A stretch of DNA of 64,000 nt from a candidate division CSSED10-310 bacterium (GTDB lineage Bacteria; CSSED10-310; JAFGJC01): positions 351-64,350 of the forward strand of contig JAFGLW010000010.1 in assembly GCA_016927905.1 (NCBI GenBank), written 5' to 3'. The notes beneath the pieces are model-generated. The model was not told the origin of the DNA. It ran no database searches and was given only the letters and a program-made list of their open reading frames with translations. Made by a program: the position numbers and the translations under genes. Positions 9,779-19,841 of this stretch are shown piece by piece (position 1 is the stretch's first letter; each line of letters begins with the position of its first letter).

Positions 9779-12553
9779 ATGAACTACCGAGACACGCTCA
9801 ATTTGCCGAAGACACAGTTTCCGATGAAGGCCAGTCTTGCAGTGAACGAGCCCAGGATCCTGGAAAAATGGTATGCAGACGATCTGTACGACAGGATATG
9901 CGAGTCCCGGAAGGATGCGGAGATTTATGTGCTGCATGACGGTCCGCCCTACGCCAACGGTCACATCCATATCGGAACCGCCCTGAACAAGGTCTTGAAA
10001 GATATCGTGATGAAATACAAGACCATGGAGGGATTCAGAGTGCCGTTCAAGCCGGGATGGGACTGCCATGGTCTGCCCATCGAACACAATGTCATGAAGG
10101 AACTGGGCAATTCCGCCAAGTCGATGAGTCAGATCGAAATCCGTGCGGAATGCGCGGCATATGCGGAACGATATGTTTCGATCATGAGGGAGGAGTTCAA
10201 GAGGCTGGGGGGACTGGGTGAATGGGAGCGGCCGTATTTGACCATGTCGCACCAGTATGAGGCGACCGTGGTGAGCGAATTCCAAAACATGCTTCTGTCC
10301 GGTCGCATATATCCCGGTCAGAAACCGGTGCACTGGTGTATTTCATGCAGGACGGCCCTGGCGGAAGCGGAAGTGGAGTATGCCGATCATGTATCCCCGT
10401 CGGTATGGGTCAAATTCCAGGTGATTTCCGATCTGGGTTCCCGCATCCCCGAACTCGCAGGCAAAACCAACGTGTTCGTCATAATCTGGACCACTACGCC
10501 CTGGACGCTTCCGGCCAACCTGGCCATTGCGTTTAATCCGACCCTGGATTACGTGGCTTTTGAAGATCGTGGTGAAATCTATATCGTAGCCGATGCCCTG
10601 TTCCGGGAGACTGTGGAAGTATGCCAGTTTGACTTCCCGAGGATCATTGCCAGATTCCCCGGATCGGTTCTGGAGGGATTCAATTGCCGGCATCCTTTTT
10701 ATGATCGGGTCTCGAAACTGGTCCTGGCCGATTATGTCACTTTTGAGACCGGTACCGGCTGTGTTCACACGGCGCCCGGCCACGGTCAGGAGGATTTTGA
10801 GACCGGCCTTAAATACGGGTTGGATATATACAATCCCGTGGACGATACAGGTTGTTTCGACAAAGGTCTGCCGCTGTTCGGCGGGATGAATGTGTTCGAA
10901 GCGAATGCCGAGGTCAACAAGGTCATGCGGGATGATCGAACCCTGCTGGCTGAGCGGGAGATTGTTCACAGCTATCCGCACTGCTGGCGCTGTAAACAGC
11001 CGGTCGTATTCCGGGCCACCCGCCAATGGTTCATCTCAATCGACCACGACAACCTGCGGAATGCCGCACTGAAAGCGATTGATACCGTTGACTGGTACCC
11101 CCGATGGGGCAAGGAACGCATCTACGGGATGGTGGAGAACCGGCCGGACTGGTGCATTTCCAGACAGCGCGTCTGGGGTGTGCCCCTTACTATTTTCACC
11201 TGTGAAAAATGCCATGCCGTGCTGCGCAATGAGACCGTCAGCAGTCAGGTGATCGAAGCGGTCCGGCGGTATGGGATTGATATCTGGTTTACGGGGAGCA
11301 ACACCCAGTTCATTCCCGCCGGCACCCTCTGTGAAAAATGCGGCCACAGGGAATTCAAGAGAGAACAGGATATCATCGATGTCTGGTTTGAGTCCGGGGT
11401 CAGCCATCGGGCTGTCCTGACCTCCGACAACGGCTTGACCTGGCCGTCGAATCTTTACCTGGAAGGCAGTGATCAGCATCGGGGTTGGTTTCAATCCTCC
11501 CTGATCATTTCGGTGGCCAACCATGGCAGAGCACCGTTCGAAACCGTCCTGACACACGGGTTCGTGGTGGACGGCGACGGCAAGAAAATGTCCAAATCGG
11601 AAGGCAATGTGATTGTTCCGGAAGATATCATTCAAAAATACGGCGCGGATATTCTGAGACTGTGGGTCGCCGCCGAGGATTACACGGAAGACATCCGCAT
11701 CTCCACGGAAATTCTGGACCGGCTGGTGGAAACCTACCGACGGATCCGGAACACTTGCCGGTTCATGCTCGGGAACCTGTTTGATTTCAATCCTGAAACG
11801 GATATTCTTCCGGTTGAGCGGCTGGAGGAAATGGATCGGTTCATTCTGCATCGATGGGCGGAAACCGTCAAGATTACCCGGAAATCCTTTCATGAGCTGG
11901 CCTTTTACCAGGTGGTCAGGCAGCTGCATCAGTTCTGCGTGGTGGAATTATCCTCCCTGTTTCTGGATGTCTCCAAAGACCGGCTGTACTGTTCGCGTCC
12001 AGAAGATACCAAGCGCCGATCTGCTCAGACGGTGATCTATCTGATTTTGATCGACCTGGTGCGATACATGGCCCCCATTCTGGCTTTCACTATGGAAGAG
12101 GCCTGGGAGCATGTTCCGGGCAGCCGTGACAGCATTCATATGCAGAAATTTTTCATCCTGAAACCGGAATGGACGGATCCGGAATTGAACCGGAAATGGG
12201 AGATCCTGCTGGCTGTCCGTGAAAAAGCAGCTCTCGATCTGGAACGCAAGCGGAAAGAAAAACTCATCGGGCATTCGCTGGATGCCAAAGTGACGGTTCG
12301 GGTACCGGTCCTGATGTTTCCGGTATTGAAATCGGCTGGGGAGAACCTGCTGGCGGAAATCCTGATCGTTTCCCAGGTCGTCCTGGAAGACAATCATATC
12401 GATTCCGACCGCATCGAAGATGTATCGGTCGAAGTCGATCGGGCGGATGGATCCAAATGCGAGCGGTGCTGGCAGATCCAGACGAATGTCGGTCAGGCCG
12501 AGGATCATCCGAACCTCTGTTCCAGGTGTGTTGAGGTGGTCAGAGCGCTGTGA
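9779..12553 (+). CDS. ileS: Isoleucine--tRNA ligase (bacterial type 1)
   Basis: LHDGPPYANG, HIGT (HIGH variant), GWDCHGLP, WTTTPWT, DWCISRQR, KMSKS and a C-terminal CERC...CSRC zinc finger. Confidence 0.98.
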   Translation: MNYRDTLNLPKTQFPMKASLAVNEPRILEKWYADDLYDRICESRKDAEIYVLHDGPPYANGHIHIGTALNKVLKDIVMKYKTMEGFRVPFKPGWDCHGLPIEHNVMKELGNSAKSMSQIEIRAECAAYAERYVSIMREEFKRLGGLGEWERPYLTMSHQYEATVVSEFQNMLLSGRIYPGQKPVHWCISCRTALAEAEVEYADHVSPSVWVKFQVISDLGSRIPELAGKTNVFVIIWTTTPWTLPANLAIAFNPTLDYVAFEDRGEIYIVADALFRETVEVCQFDFPRIIARFPGSVLEGFNCRHPFYDRVSKLVLADYVTFETGTGCVHTAPGHGQEDFETGLKYGLDIYNPVDDTGCFDKGLPLFGGMNVFEANAEVNKVMRDDRTLLAEREIVHSYPHCWRCKQPVVFRATRQWFISIDHDNLRNAALKAIDTVDWYPRWGKERIYGMVENRPDWCISRQRVWGVPLTIFTCEKCHAVLRNETVSSQVIEAVRRYGIDIWFTGSNTQFIPAGTLCEKCGHREFKREQDIIDVWFESGVSHRAVLTSDNGLTWPSNLYLEGSDQHRGWFQSSLIISVANHGRAPFETVLTHGFVVDGDGKKMSKSEGNVIVPEDIIQKYGADILRLWVAAEDYTEDIRISTEILDRLVETYRRIRNTCRFMLGNLFDFNPETDILPVERLEEMDRFILHRWAETVKITRKSFHELAFYQVVRQLHQFCVVELSSLFLDVSKDRLYCSRPEDTKRRSAQTVIYLILIDLVRYMAPILAFTMEEAWEHVPGSRDSIHMQKFFILKPEWTDPELNRKWEILLAVREKAALDLERKRKEKLIGHSLDAKVTVRVPVLMFPVLKSAGENLLAEILIVSQVVLEDNHIDSDRIEDVSVEVDRADGSKCERCWQIQTNVGQAEDHPNLCSRCVEVVRAL

Positions 12554-13032
12554 TCTGGTTCAGCATCGGCATTGCCATGGGTGTTGTTTTTGCCGATCAG
12601 GCATCGAAATACCTTGCGCTCCGCCATCTCAGCTCACTCGATCCCATCCAGGTCATTCCACCGGTGTTAGATCTTGTTCTGGTCAAAAACAGGGGTGCAG
12701 CTTTCGGGATCATGTCCGGTTTGAACCTGCCGGTCCGGATGATCGTTTTTTCGATCGTATCGCTGGGAGCACTGGCTCTGCTGATCTATCTATTCCGCTC
12801 CAGGTCGGCAGGCAGTTTCACTATTCCGGCTGCCGTCGGATTGGTTTCTGGCGGTGCGGTCGGAAACTGGATCGACAGAATACGGTTCGGATATGTTGTC
12901 GATTTCATCGATTGGCATGTCGGCTCGTATCACTGGCCGACATTCAATATCGCCGACAGCTGTATCACAATTGGAGTCGGTCTGCTGCTTCTGAACATGA
13001 TCCTGGAAGATCGGAAACATCATGCATCCTGA
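12550..13032 (+). CDS. lspA: Lipoprotein signal peptidase II
   Basis: DQASK, NRGAAFG, GNWIDR, VVDFI and FNIADS motifs; GTGA overlap with ileS. Confidence 0.96.
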   Translation: MIWFSIGIAMGVVFADQASKYLALRHLSSLDPIQVIPPVLDLVLVKNRGAAFGIMSGLNLPVRMIVFSIVSLGALALLIYLFRSRSAGSFTIPAAVGLVSGGAVGNWIDRIRFGYVVDFIDWHVGSYHWPTFNIADSCITIGVGLLLLNMILEDRKHHAS

Positions 13033-13849
13033 TTTGATATCCGTCGGTCCGCTGACCATACGTTCGTATGGAACGATGATCGTGATGGGTTTTCTGTTCG
13101 CCCTGGCACTGGCCAGAGTCAGGATCCGAAAGTGCCCGGTATCCTTCGAGACCATTCTGGATCTCTCATTCTACCTGTTGCTGGCGGGAATCGTGGGTGG
13201 AAAACTTCTGTTCTGGATCATTTTCCCCGGGCAGTTGGTTTATGAGGTGAGACTCCTGTTCGCAGATCCTTTCGAATTTCTGAAGTCGCTGGGTGCGGGT
13301 TTCGTGTTTTTCGGTGCGGTGATTGGAGGAATCGGATTTTTGCTGCTTTACAGCTGGAAAAAACAGATGGCCGTGTTGCCCGTCATCGATTTCCTGACTC
13401 CGTCCCTCATTGTGGGTCACGCTTTCGGTCGTGTGGGTTGTTTTCTGGCTGGGTGTTGTTACGGGAAAACCTGTGACCTGCCCTGGTCGGTCACTTTTCA
13501 TCATCCCCATTCACTGGCTCCTCAGGATATTCCGCTTCATCCCGTGCAGATATACGAGTCGCTGTTTTTATTTGCACTGGTATCCGTGATTCTGCTGCTT
13601 GAAGACAGGCTGACCCGAATCCCGGGAAGACTGTTTTTCGGGTATGTGATTTCGTATTCGACCTGGAGATTTTACATCGAATTTTTGAGAGATGATCCCC
13701 GCGGGATCCTGTTCAACGGAATCATGACTGTGACCCAATTCATCGCGATCCTTGGATTCCTGGCGAGCGTTGTTGCTTTTTTCATGATCGCCCGCAGCGG
13801 TAAACCGGGCAGGAAGAAACGGGAAAATGGCACCGGAAAACGGTCATGA
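13022..13849 (+). CDS. lgt: Prolipoprotein diacylglyceryl transferase
   Basis: IRSYG, GRVGCFLAGCCYG, HPVQIYE and RFYIEFLR motifs. Confidence 0.95.
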   Translation: MHPDLISVGPLTIRSYGTMIVMGFLFALALARVRIRKCPVSFETILDLSFYLLLAGIVGGKLLFWIIFPGQLVYEVRLLFADPFEFLKSLGAGFVFFGAVIGGIGFLLLYSWKKQMAVLPVIDFLTPSLIVGHAFGRVGCFLAGCCYGKTCDLPWSVTFHHPHSLAPQDIPLHPVQIYESLFLFALVSVILLLEDRLTRIPGRLFFGYVISYSTWRFYIEFLRDDPRGILFNGIMTVTQFIAILGFLASVVAFFMIARSGKPGRKKRENGTGKRS

Positions 13850-14846
13850 TCCGGGTGTTCCGGAATCGCCGATCATCCTGGATGCCGACCAGGCCGATGC
13901 GGGGGAAAGGCTGGATATTTTTATTCATCGCAGATGCCCCGGGCTGTCAAGATCCCGAATCGGCCGGCTGATCAAATCTGGTCAGGTCCTGATCGGTCAG
14001 GAACAGGTCAAACCGTCCTATAGAATACGCGGAATGGATATTGTCCGGATCCGAATTCCGCCTCCCGTCCCGATTTCCATCCAGCCCGAGGCTGTTCCGC
14101 TGCAGATATTGTTCGAGGATGAACATCTTGTGGCGGTTTCCAAACCCAGAGGAATGGTCGTCCATCCGGGTGCGGGCCGGTTTACTGGAACTCTGGTCCA
14201 TGCCCTGCTGTTCCACTGTCCTGACCTGTCCGGAATCGGCGGACAACAAAGGCCGGGGATCGTGCACCGGCTGGACAAAGGCACTTCGGGAGTGATTCTG
14301 GCGGCCAAAACAGACCAGGCGCATCTGGGTCTGTCCAGCCAGTTTTCATCCCGGTCGGTGATGAAAGAATACCGTGCTGTCACATCGGGTTATGTCGATT
14401 GGAGCGAAATCACGATCAGGGATCCCATCGGAAGACATCCAAAAAACCGGAAACAAATGGCCGTGGTGCCGGGCGGCCGGGAAGCTGAAACCATTTTTCA
14501 TCGACTCGATTCGAACCGGAGGTTTACGTATATTGCGGCGTTTCCCAAAACCGGACGGACACACCAGATCCGCGTACATTTGAAACACGCCGGATTGAGC
14601 CTATTGGGAGATGAGCTGTACGGTTCGGGACAATGGGGTCGGATCGAGAATGCACCGGTAAAACAGGTTGTGAGCGAGATGTCTGGATTGAGCCTGCATG
14701 CCTACCGAATCGTTTTCAATCACCCGGTCCGCCTAAATCGTCTGGATCTCATCGCTCCACTGCCTGAGGATTTCCGCTGCGTCTTAAAATGCACCGGATT
14801 GAAGGATACGACATCGGGCAACAACATGGATGGGAATCCGGTTTGA
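13827..14846 (+). CDS. rluD: RluA/RluD-family pseudouridine synthase
   Basis: N-terminal S4 domain; KPRGMVVHP, HRLDKGTSG and TGRTHQIRVH motifs. Confidence 0.9.
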   Translation: MAPENGHDPGVPESPIILDADQADAGERLDIFIHRRCPGLSRSRIGRLIKSGQVLIGQEQVKPSYRIRGMDIVRIRIPPPVPISIQPEAVPLQILFEDEHLVAVSKPRGMVVHPGAGRFTGTLVHALLFHCPDLSGIGGQQRPGIVHRLDKGTSGVILAAKTDQAHLGLSSQFSSRSVMKEYRAVTSGYVDWSEITIRDPIGRHPKNRKQMAVVPGGREAETIFHRLDSNRRFTYIAAFPKTGRTHQIRVHLKHAGLSLLGDELYGSGQWGRIENAPVKQVVSEMSGLSLHAYRIVFNHPVRLNRLDLIAPLPEDFRCVLKCTGLKDTTSGNNMDGNPV

Positions 14847-14857
14847 ACGAAGATAAC

Positions 14858-15559
14858 ATGCTGCCTAACCTGGCTGATTGCGAACGAATCGTTTTTTTCA
14901 CCGGTGCGGGGCTGTCGGCTGAGAGTGGAATCCCGACATACCGCGGGAAGGGCGGGATCTGGCAGGAATACAATTACGAGGAGTTTGCCTGCCAGCGGGC
15001 GTTCGATCGGCAACCTGAGAAAGTATGGGATTTCCATGACGCCAGGCGTCAATTCGTTTCCAGGTGCCAACCTTCGGAAGGCCATGAATTGATTGCCGAG
15101 ATCGGTAGAATCAGACCAGAGGTGTCCGTTGTAACTCAAAACATCGATGGTCTGCACCAGCGTGCCGGTTCCAGGAATGTCATTGAACTGCACGGGAGTC
15201 TGTGGCGTGTCCGGTGCAGTGCGGAAAACATCGTTTTTGAAAATCACGAGATTCCCGTTCTGTCCAGGAAATGTTCCTGCGGTGCCTATTTGAGACCCGA
15301 TATCGTATGGTTCGAAGATCCCCTGAATCAGGATGCCATTTTTAAGGCACTTGAGGTTATGTCCCGGTGCGATATCCTGGTTTCAATCGGAACATCGGGA
15401 ATGGTCTATCCTGCAGCCCAGCTGCCGATTGTTGCCATCCGGAGGGGGGTGCCGTGCGTCGAGATCAACCAGGAAAAAACCATCGTATCGGATCTGTACC
15501 CGGTACGACTGCACGGCCCGGCATCATCAATGTTAAAGCGGCTTTGGCGGACACCGTAA
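14858..15559 (+). CDS. cobB: NAD-dependent protein deacylase (sirtuin)
   Basis: GAGLSAESGIPTYRG, TQNIDGLH, ELHGS, LRPDIVWF and GTSG motifs. Start placed at ATG 14858; TTG 14843 overlapping the rluD stop is an alternative. Confidence 0.9.
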   Translation: MLPNLADCERIVFFTGAGLSAESGIPTYRGKGGIWQEYNYEEFACQRAFDRQPEKVWDFHDARRQFVSRCQPSEGHELIAEIGRIRPEVSVVTQNIDGLHQRAGSRNVIELHGSLWRVRCSAENIVFENHEIPVLSRKCSCGAYLRPDIVWFEDPLNQDAIFKALEVMSRCDILVSIGTSGMVYPAAQLPIVAIRRGVPCVEINQEKTIVSDLYPVRLHGPASSMLKRLWRTP

Positions 15560-15563
15560 TCCT

Positions 15564-16931
15564 TTATTCGATATTGAGTTCTTTGATCTTGGTCAGCAGG
15601 GTTTTGTAGTTTATTCCCAATTCCTTGGCGGCCAGAGTCTTGTTCCATCCGTTCCGTTCCAGAGCCGTCCGGATCATCCGGCGTTCCACGAGCCTCCGGG
15701 ATCGTTCCACCACGGTGTGGAGCGCGCCTTCGAGATGTATTTCGCTCAGATCGAACGGTTCGTAATCCCGGATGGAATGCACCGCTATGTGTTCCGGTCG
15801 GATGATCGCATCGGGAGTCAGGATGGCGGCACGTTCCATGCAATTCTGCAACTCCCGGACATTACCGGGCCATCCGTACGATCGAAGAAGTTCCTTGGCT
15901 TTGGAAGTCAGCTTGAACGGTCCTTTACCGAATTCCCGACCGAATCGGTCCAGGAAATAATCCACCAGCACGGGAATATCGTCCGGACGATCTCTGAGTG
16001 GAGGTATTTGAATGGGAAAAACACTGATCCTGTAAAAAAGATCCTCCCGAAATTTTCCAGTCCGGACCTCAGCGTGCAGATCCCGGTTGGTGGCGGCGAT
16101 GACCCTGATATTGACATGGATTGTCTTGTTTCCACCCACCCTCTCGAACTGACGTTCCTGGAGAAAGCGTAGCAGCTTGGCCTGCAGCATCGGTTCCATG
16201 TCGCCGACTTCGTCAAGAAAGATCGTTCCCTGATCCGCAAGCTCGAGTTTTCCCAGTTTTCTGCTGTCGGCCCCGGTATATGCGCCCCGTTCGTGCCCGA
16301 ACAGCTCGTTTTCCAGCAGGGTTCCGGGAATGGCGGCGCAGTTGATGGCGACAAACGGTGCCTGTTTCCGGTTGGATAAATGATGGATCGCCTGGGCGAC
16401 CAGCTCCTTGCCGGTCCCGCTTTCGCCCATGAGAAGAACGGTTGCATCCATCGGACCGACCTGTTCAGCCTGCCGGATCACATCGTTGAATTTATCGCTT
16501 CTGCCGATGATCCGGGGTGCGCTGAGTTTGGAGGCAAAGGTTTCCCGCAGCAATACATTCTCGTTCCGCAGTCGAGTCTGTTCGATGGCCCGGCTCAATT
16601 GCAGCAGCAACAGCCCGATGTCAAACGGTTTGGTGATGAAATCGTCCGCGCCCTCTTTCATCGCCCGGACCGCCGTTTCGATGCTTCCGAATGCGGTGAT
16701 GATGATGACGATGGTCCGGGGATCGGCACTCTTGGCCGCATTCAAAACCGCCAGGCCGTCCTTTCCCGGGAGTTTCAGATCGGTGATCACGGCGGAAAAG
16801 AGTTTCGATGCCAGCATTTCCAGCGCTTCCTCGGCCGAAGCGGCACACTGGACCGAATACCCTTCTTTGGAAAGAGTTCGTTCCAGCATTTTGCGCATGC
16901 CTTGATTGTCTTCGACAAGCAGGATGTGCAC
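15564..16931 (-). CDS. Sigma54-dependent NtrC-family response regulator (PilR/AtoC-like)
   Basis: REC domain (ITDLKLP), GESGTGKE, GAYTGA, FLDEVG, WPGNVREL and a C-terminal Fis-type HTH. Confidence 0.93.
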   Translation of the reverse strand: MHILLVEDNQGMRKMLERTLSKEGYSVQCAASAEEALEMLASKLFSAVITDLKLPGKDGLAVLNAAKSADPRTIVIIITAFGSIETAVRAMKEGADDFITKPFDIGLLLLQLSRAIEQTRLRNENVLLRETFASKLSAPRIIGRSDKFNDVIRQAEQVGPMDATVLLMGESGTGKELVAQAIHHLSNRKQAPFVAINCAAIPGTLLENELFGHERGAYTGADSRKLGKLELADQGTIFLDEVGDMEPMLQAKLLRFLQERQFERVGGNKTIHVNIRVIAATNRDLHAEVRTGKFREDLFYRISVFPIQIPPLRDRPDDIPVLVDYFLDRFGREFGKGPFKLTSKAKELLRSYGWPGNVRELQNCMERAAILTPDAIIRPEHIAVHSIRDYEPFDLSEIHLEGALHTVVERSRRLVERRMIRTALERNGWNKTLAAKELGINYKTLLTKIKELNIE

Positions 16932-16958
16932 GGTTTTATCCCCTCATAAGCAGCGGTT

Positions 16959-17765
16959 TCAGGTCAAATGAGAAAAACGCAAATACCAGGCCACCAGATC
17001 GCCTCCCCACATCGCCGAAATCCACGCACCCAGGGACAGGAAAGGTCCGAACGGGATTTCCGTATGCCGGGTTCCGCCCTTGACCAGCGAAACCGGAATT
17101 CCCACCAGCGTTCCGGTCAATGCCCCCAGAAACAGACTCAGCACGGCTTTCCCAGGACCCAGCAGAGCGCCTGCAAAAATCATCAGTTTGATGTCGCCCA
17201 TGCCCATGCCCTCGCGGCCGGTTATTCTCAGATAAACCCATGCGATCAGAAGCAGCGGGCCGGCTCCCGCAACAACCCCCAGAAAGGCTCTCCAAGGATG
17301 AACGTCCCAATGAGGCCTGAGAAAAGGGTGCAGCGACAGGATCGATATAAAAACCGCGAAAAGAACTCCCGGAAGCGTGATGGCGTCGGGAAGCAGTTTG
17401 GTATGGTAATCGATCACGGACAGAGCGATCAGAAACGCGGTGAACACCGAATAAACCATTGTGGAGAAAGTGAATCCATACCGACAGGCCACGGCCGCAA
17501 ACATCAATCCAGTCGCCAGTTCAACCAAAGGGTACTGAAGCGATATCCGGGTACCGCAACCGTGACATTTTCCTCTCAGAACCGCATAGCTCAGCAGAGG
17601 GATATTTTCCCACGCTTTAAGCTGATGCCGGCATGACGGGCAGTGCGATGACGGGCGGATTATGGACCGGTTTTCCGGTACCCGGCAGATCACCACATTC
17701 AGAAATGATCCGATCGCCAGGCCCAGAACAAACAGCATGACCGCGAAACAGCATAATGACTCCAC
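16959..17765 (-). CDS. pilD: Prepilin peptidase / N-methyltransferase
   Basis: GSFLNVVI.R.P, two CxxC pairs, GMGMGDIKL and IPFGPFL motifs; start codon uncertain. Confidence 0.93.
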   Translation of the reverse strand: MESLCCFAVMLFVLGLAIGSFLNVVICRVPENRSIIRPSSHCPSCRHQLKAWENIPLLSYAVLRGKCHGCGTRISLQYPLVELATGLMFAAVACRYGFTFSTMVYSVFTAFLIALSVIDYHTKLLPDAITLPGVLFAVFISILSLHPFLRPHWDVHPWRAFLGVVAGAGPLLLIAWVYLRITGREGMGMGDIKLMIFAGALLGPGKAVLSLFLGALTGTLVGIPVSLVKGGTRHTEIPFGPFLSLGAWISAMWGGDLVAWYLRFSHLT

Positions 17766-17808
17766 GTGTTGAATTATAGTTTAAAATCCGGCGAAGTTCG
17801 AGATTGAA

Positions 17809-19710
17809 TCATTCGGGGGTTTCCCGCCCGCTGCGGTCCGGTCTCGTGCCGGCGAACCGGATCAATAGACATATCCCGGCCATGGCAAGGGTTGTTGCGG
17901 AGATCTGGAGTATTCGTGTGAATCCCGATTCCGCCGGCGTCACCTTGAGAATCCAATCGAAATATATGAAGACCGCCAGTACGATACCCATGATCGCTTC
18001 GCCGGCAATCAGCCCGGACGATACCAGTATTCCGCCGTTCCCGGTGTCTGCGGATGGAGAAACTCTTTCGACGCCGGATCGATCCAGGCTCAGCAGACCG
18101 CCGATGAAGATTGGCACGGAGAGCGAAAGCGGAAGATATATGCCCACCGCAACCGGCATGATATGCAGCCGGAACCGGCTTTTACGCCGGGACAGAAGCA
18201 TATCCAGTCCGATGATTGAGATTCCCAGCACGATTCCGGCACCGATCATATCATAGGGGAGGGTACCATCTCCGAACATTCCCTGAGTGATACTGGCGAA
18301 AAGCGAAGCCTGGGGCGCTTTCAGTCCGATTCCGATTCCATAGGCATTATGCAACAGCGACAGAACCGGAGCGATGGTGACGGTGGGAATGATGACCGCC
18401 AGAATTTGAGCGAACTGCTGGTGTTTTGGTTTCGCGCCCACAAGGTATCCCGTCTTGAGATCCTGAGAGATATCTCCGGCGGAGCAGGCTGCGCAGCAGA
18501 CCACTCCGGCCACTCCCAGGGTTGCATAGATGGCGTTGTCCCCTCTGATGCCCAGCATGAAAAGCAGGATCCCCGTACCCAGAAGAGCACAGATAGTCAT
18601 ACCCGAAACGGGATTGTTTGAGCTGCCGACCAGTCCCACAATGTAACTCGAAACAGCGACGAAAAAGAATGCCGCAACGATCATGATCCCGGTTGTGAGC
18701 AAGGTCAGGACGGTCGAACCGGTGAAACTGAAATACAAACCGGCGGTTATCAGAACTGCGACCAGAAACACCAGGCGAATGAACCGGCCGGTCAGATCTT
18801 CATCACCGGACGACGATGCGGCACCGCTCCGGGATTTTCCCCTCAAAACCATTCGGATACTCTGTTTAATTCCGGATCGGACCGACAGAATCGACCAGAG
18901 ACCCCCCACAATCATCGCCCCAACCCCAAGGTATCGGATCCGGGACGACCAGAGCTCCCAGCAGATTTGTGCAGGAGAACCCGGATATTCAATGCCGGCG
19001 GGAATATCCAGAAAGGGAAGAACAACGACCCAGCCGATGAAGCCTCCCAGAAAAACAAGCGACGCGATGTTCAGCCGGATGATGTATCCGACCGCGATCA
19101 ATGCAGGAGATGCGTCCATGCCAAAAAAGAATAACCGGTTGCCTGTCCGGGCAGCCGCTTCGATGACCGGTCTCAGAATCGGAATGCCGGTTGTGAACAG
19201 TTTGAATATCCCACCAGCCAAAATTCCCCCGAGAATGGTTCGCAACCCGGTACCGCCGTATTCACTGCTTTTCAGCACTTCCGCACAGGCAACCCCCTCG
19301 GGATATCTCAGATCCGCCGATTCGACGATCAGACTTCTTCTGAGCGGAATCATGAACAGAACACCGATCAACCCGCCCGCAACGGCGATCAGTGTGGTCT
19401 GCCAGAAATTGAAATCATTCCAGATGCCCACGATCACCAGTGCCGGAACAGTGAATATTATTCCGGCCGCCAGGGATTCACCGGCACTGGCCATGGTCTG
19501 AACAATATTGCTTTCCAGTATGTTTCTGCGTTTCAAGATACCGCCGATGATTCCAGCGGAAATGACCGCCGCCGGGATCGATGCGGATACGGTCATCCCT
19601 GCATACAGCCCCAGATAGGCGTTCGCGGCACACATGATAACCGCCAGGACGGATCCCAGGATCAGGGCCAGCAGGGTCAGTTCGGGTTCAGCGGGATCAT
19701 TGCGGTTCAT
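17809..19710 (-). CDS. OPT-family oligopeptide transporter
   Basis: YLGLYAGMTVSASIPAAVIS, YPEGVACAEVL, SNNPVSG and QDLKTG motifs. Start reset to ATG 19710 behind a GGAGG RBS. Confidence 0.92.
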   Translation of the reverse strand: MNRNDPAEPELTLLALILGSVLAVIMCAANAYLGLYAGMTVSASIPAAVISAGIIGGILKRRNILESNIVQTMASAGESLAAGIIFTVPALVIVGIWNDFNFWQTTLIAVAGGLIGVLFMIPLRRSLIVESADLRYPEGVACAEVLKSSEYGGTGLRTILGGILAGGIFKLFTTGIPILRPVIEAAARTGNRLFFFGMDASPALIAVGYIIRLNIASLVFLGGFIGWVVVLPFLDIPAGIEYPGSPAQICWELWSSRIRYLGVGAMIVGGLWSILSVRSGIKQSIRMVLRGKSRSGAASSSGDEDLTGRFIRLVFLVAVLITAGLYFSFTGSTVLTLLTTGIMIVAAFFFVAVSSYIVGLVGSSNNPVSGMTICALLGTGILLFMLGIRGDNAIYATLGVAGVVCCAACSAGDISQDLKTGYLVGAKPKHQQFAQILAVIIPTVTIAPVLSLLHNAYGIGIGLKAPQASLFASITQGMFGDGTLPYDMIGAGIVLGISIIGLDMLLSRRKSRFRLHIMPVAVGIYLPLSLSVPIFIGGLLSLDRSGVERVSPSADTGNGGILVSSGLIAGEAIMGIVLAVFIYFDWILKVTPAESGFTRILQISATTLAMAGICLLIRFAGTRPDRSGRETPE

Positions 19711-19841
19711 CACAACCTCCATCCGGGGATTTTCGCCGGGGTTCCGAAACCAAGTGCGGGATCGAAATTGGGGATGAATCCATGAAAAGAGTTGCCTCGC
19801 ATCCGGGAATGTTTTAGGCTTGTTTTCAGGAGAATGACTAT

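Noticed and set aside
16261-16300. GAYTGA instead of GAFTGA in the sigma54 activator
   Set aside because: A known functional variant of the motif; not unusual
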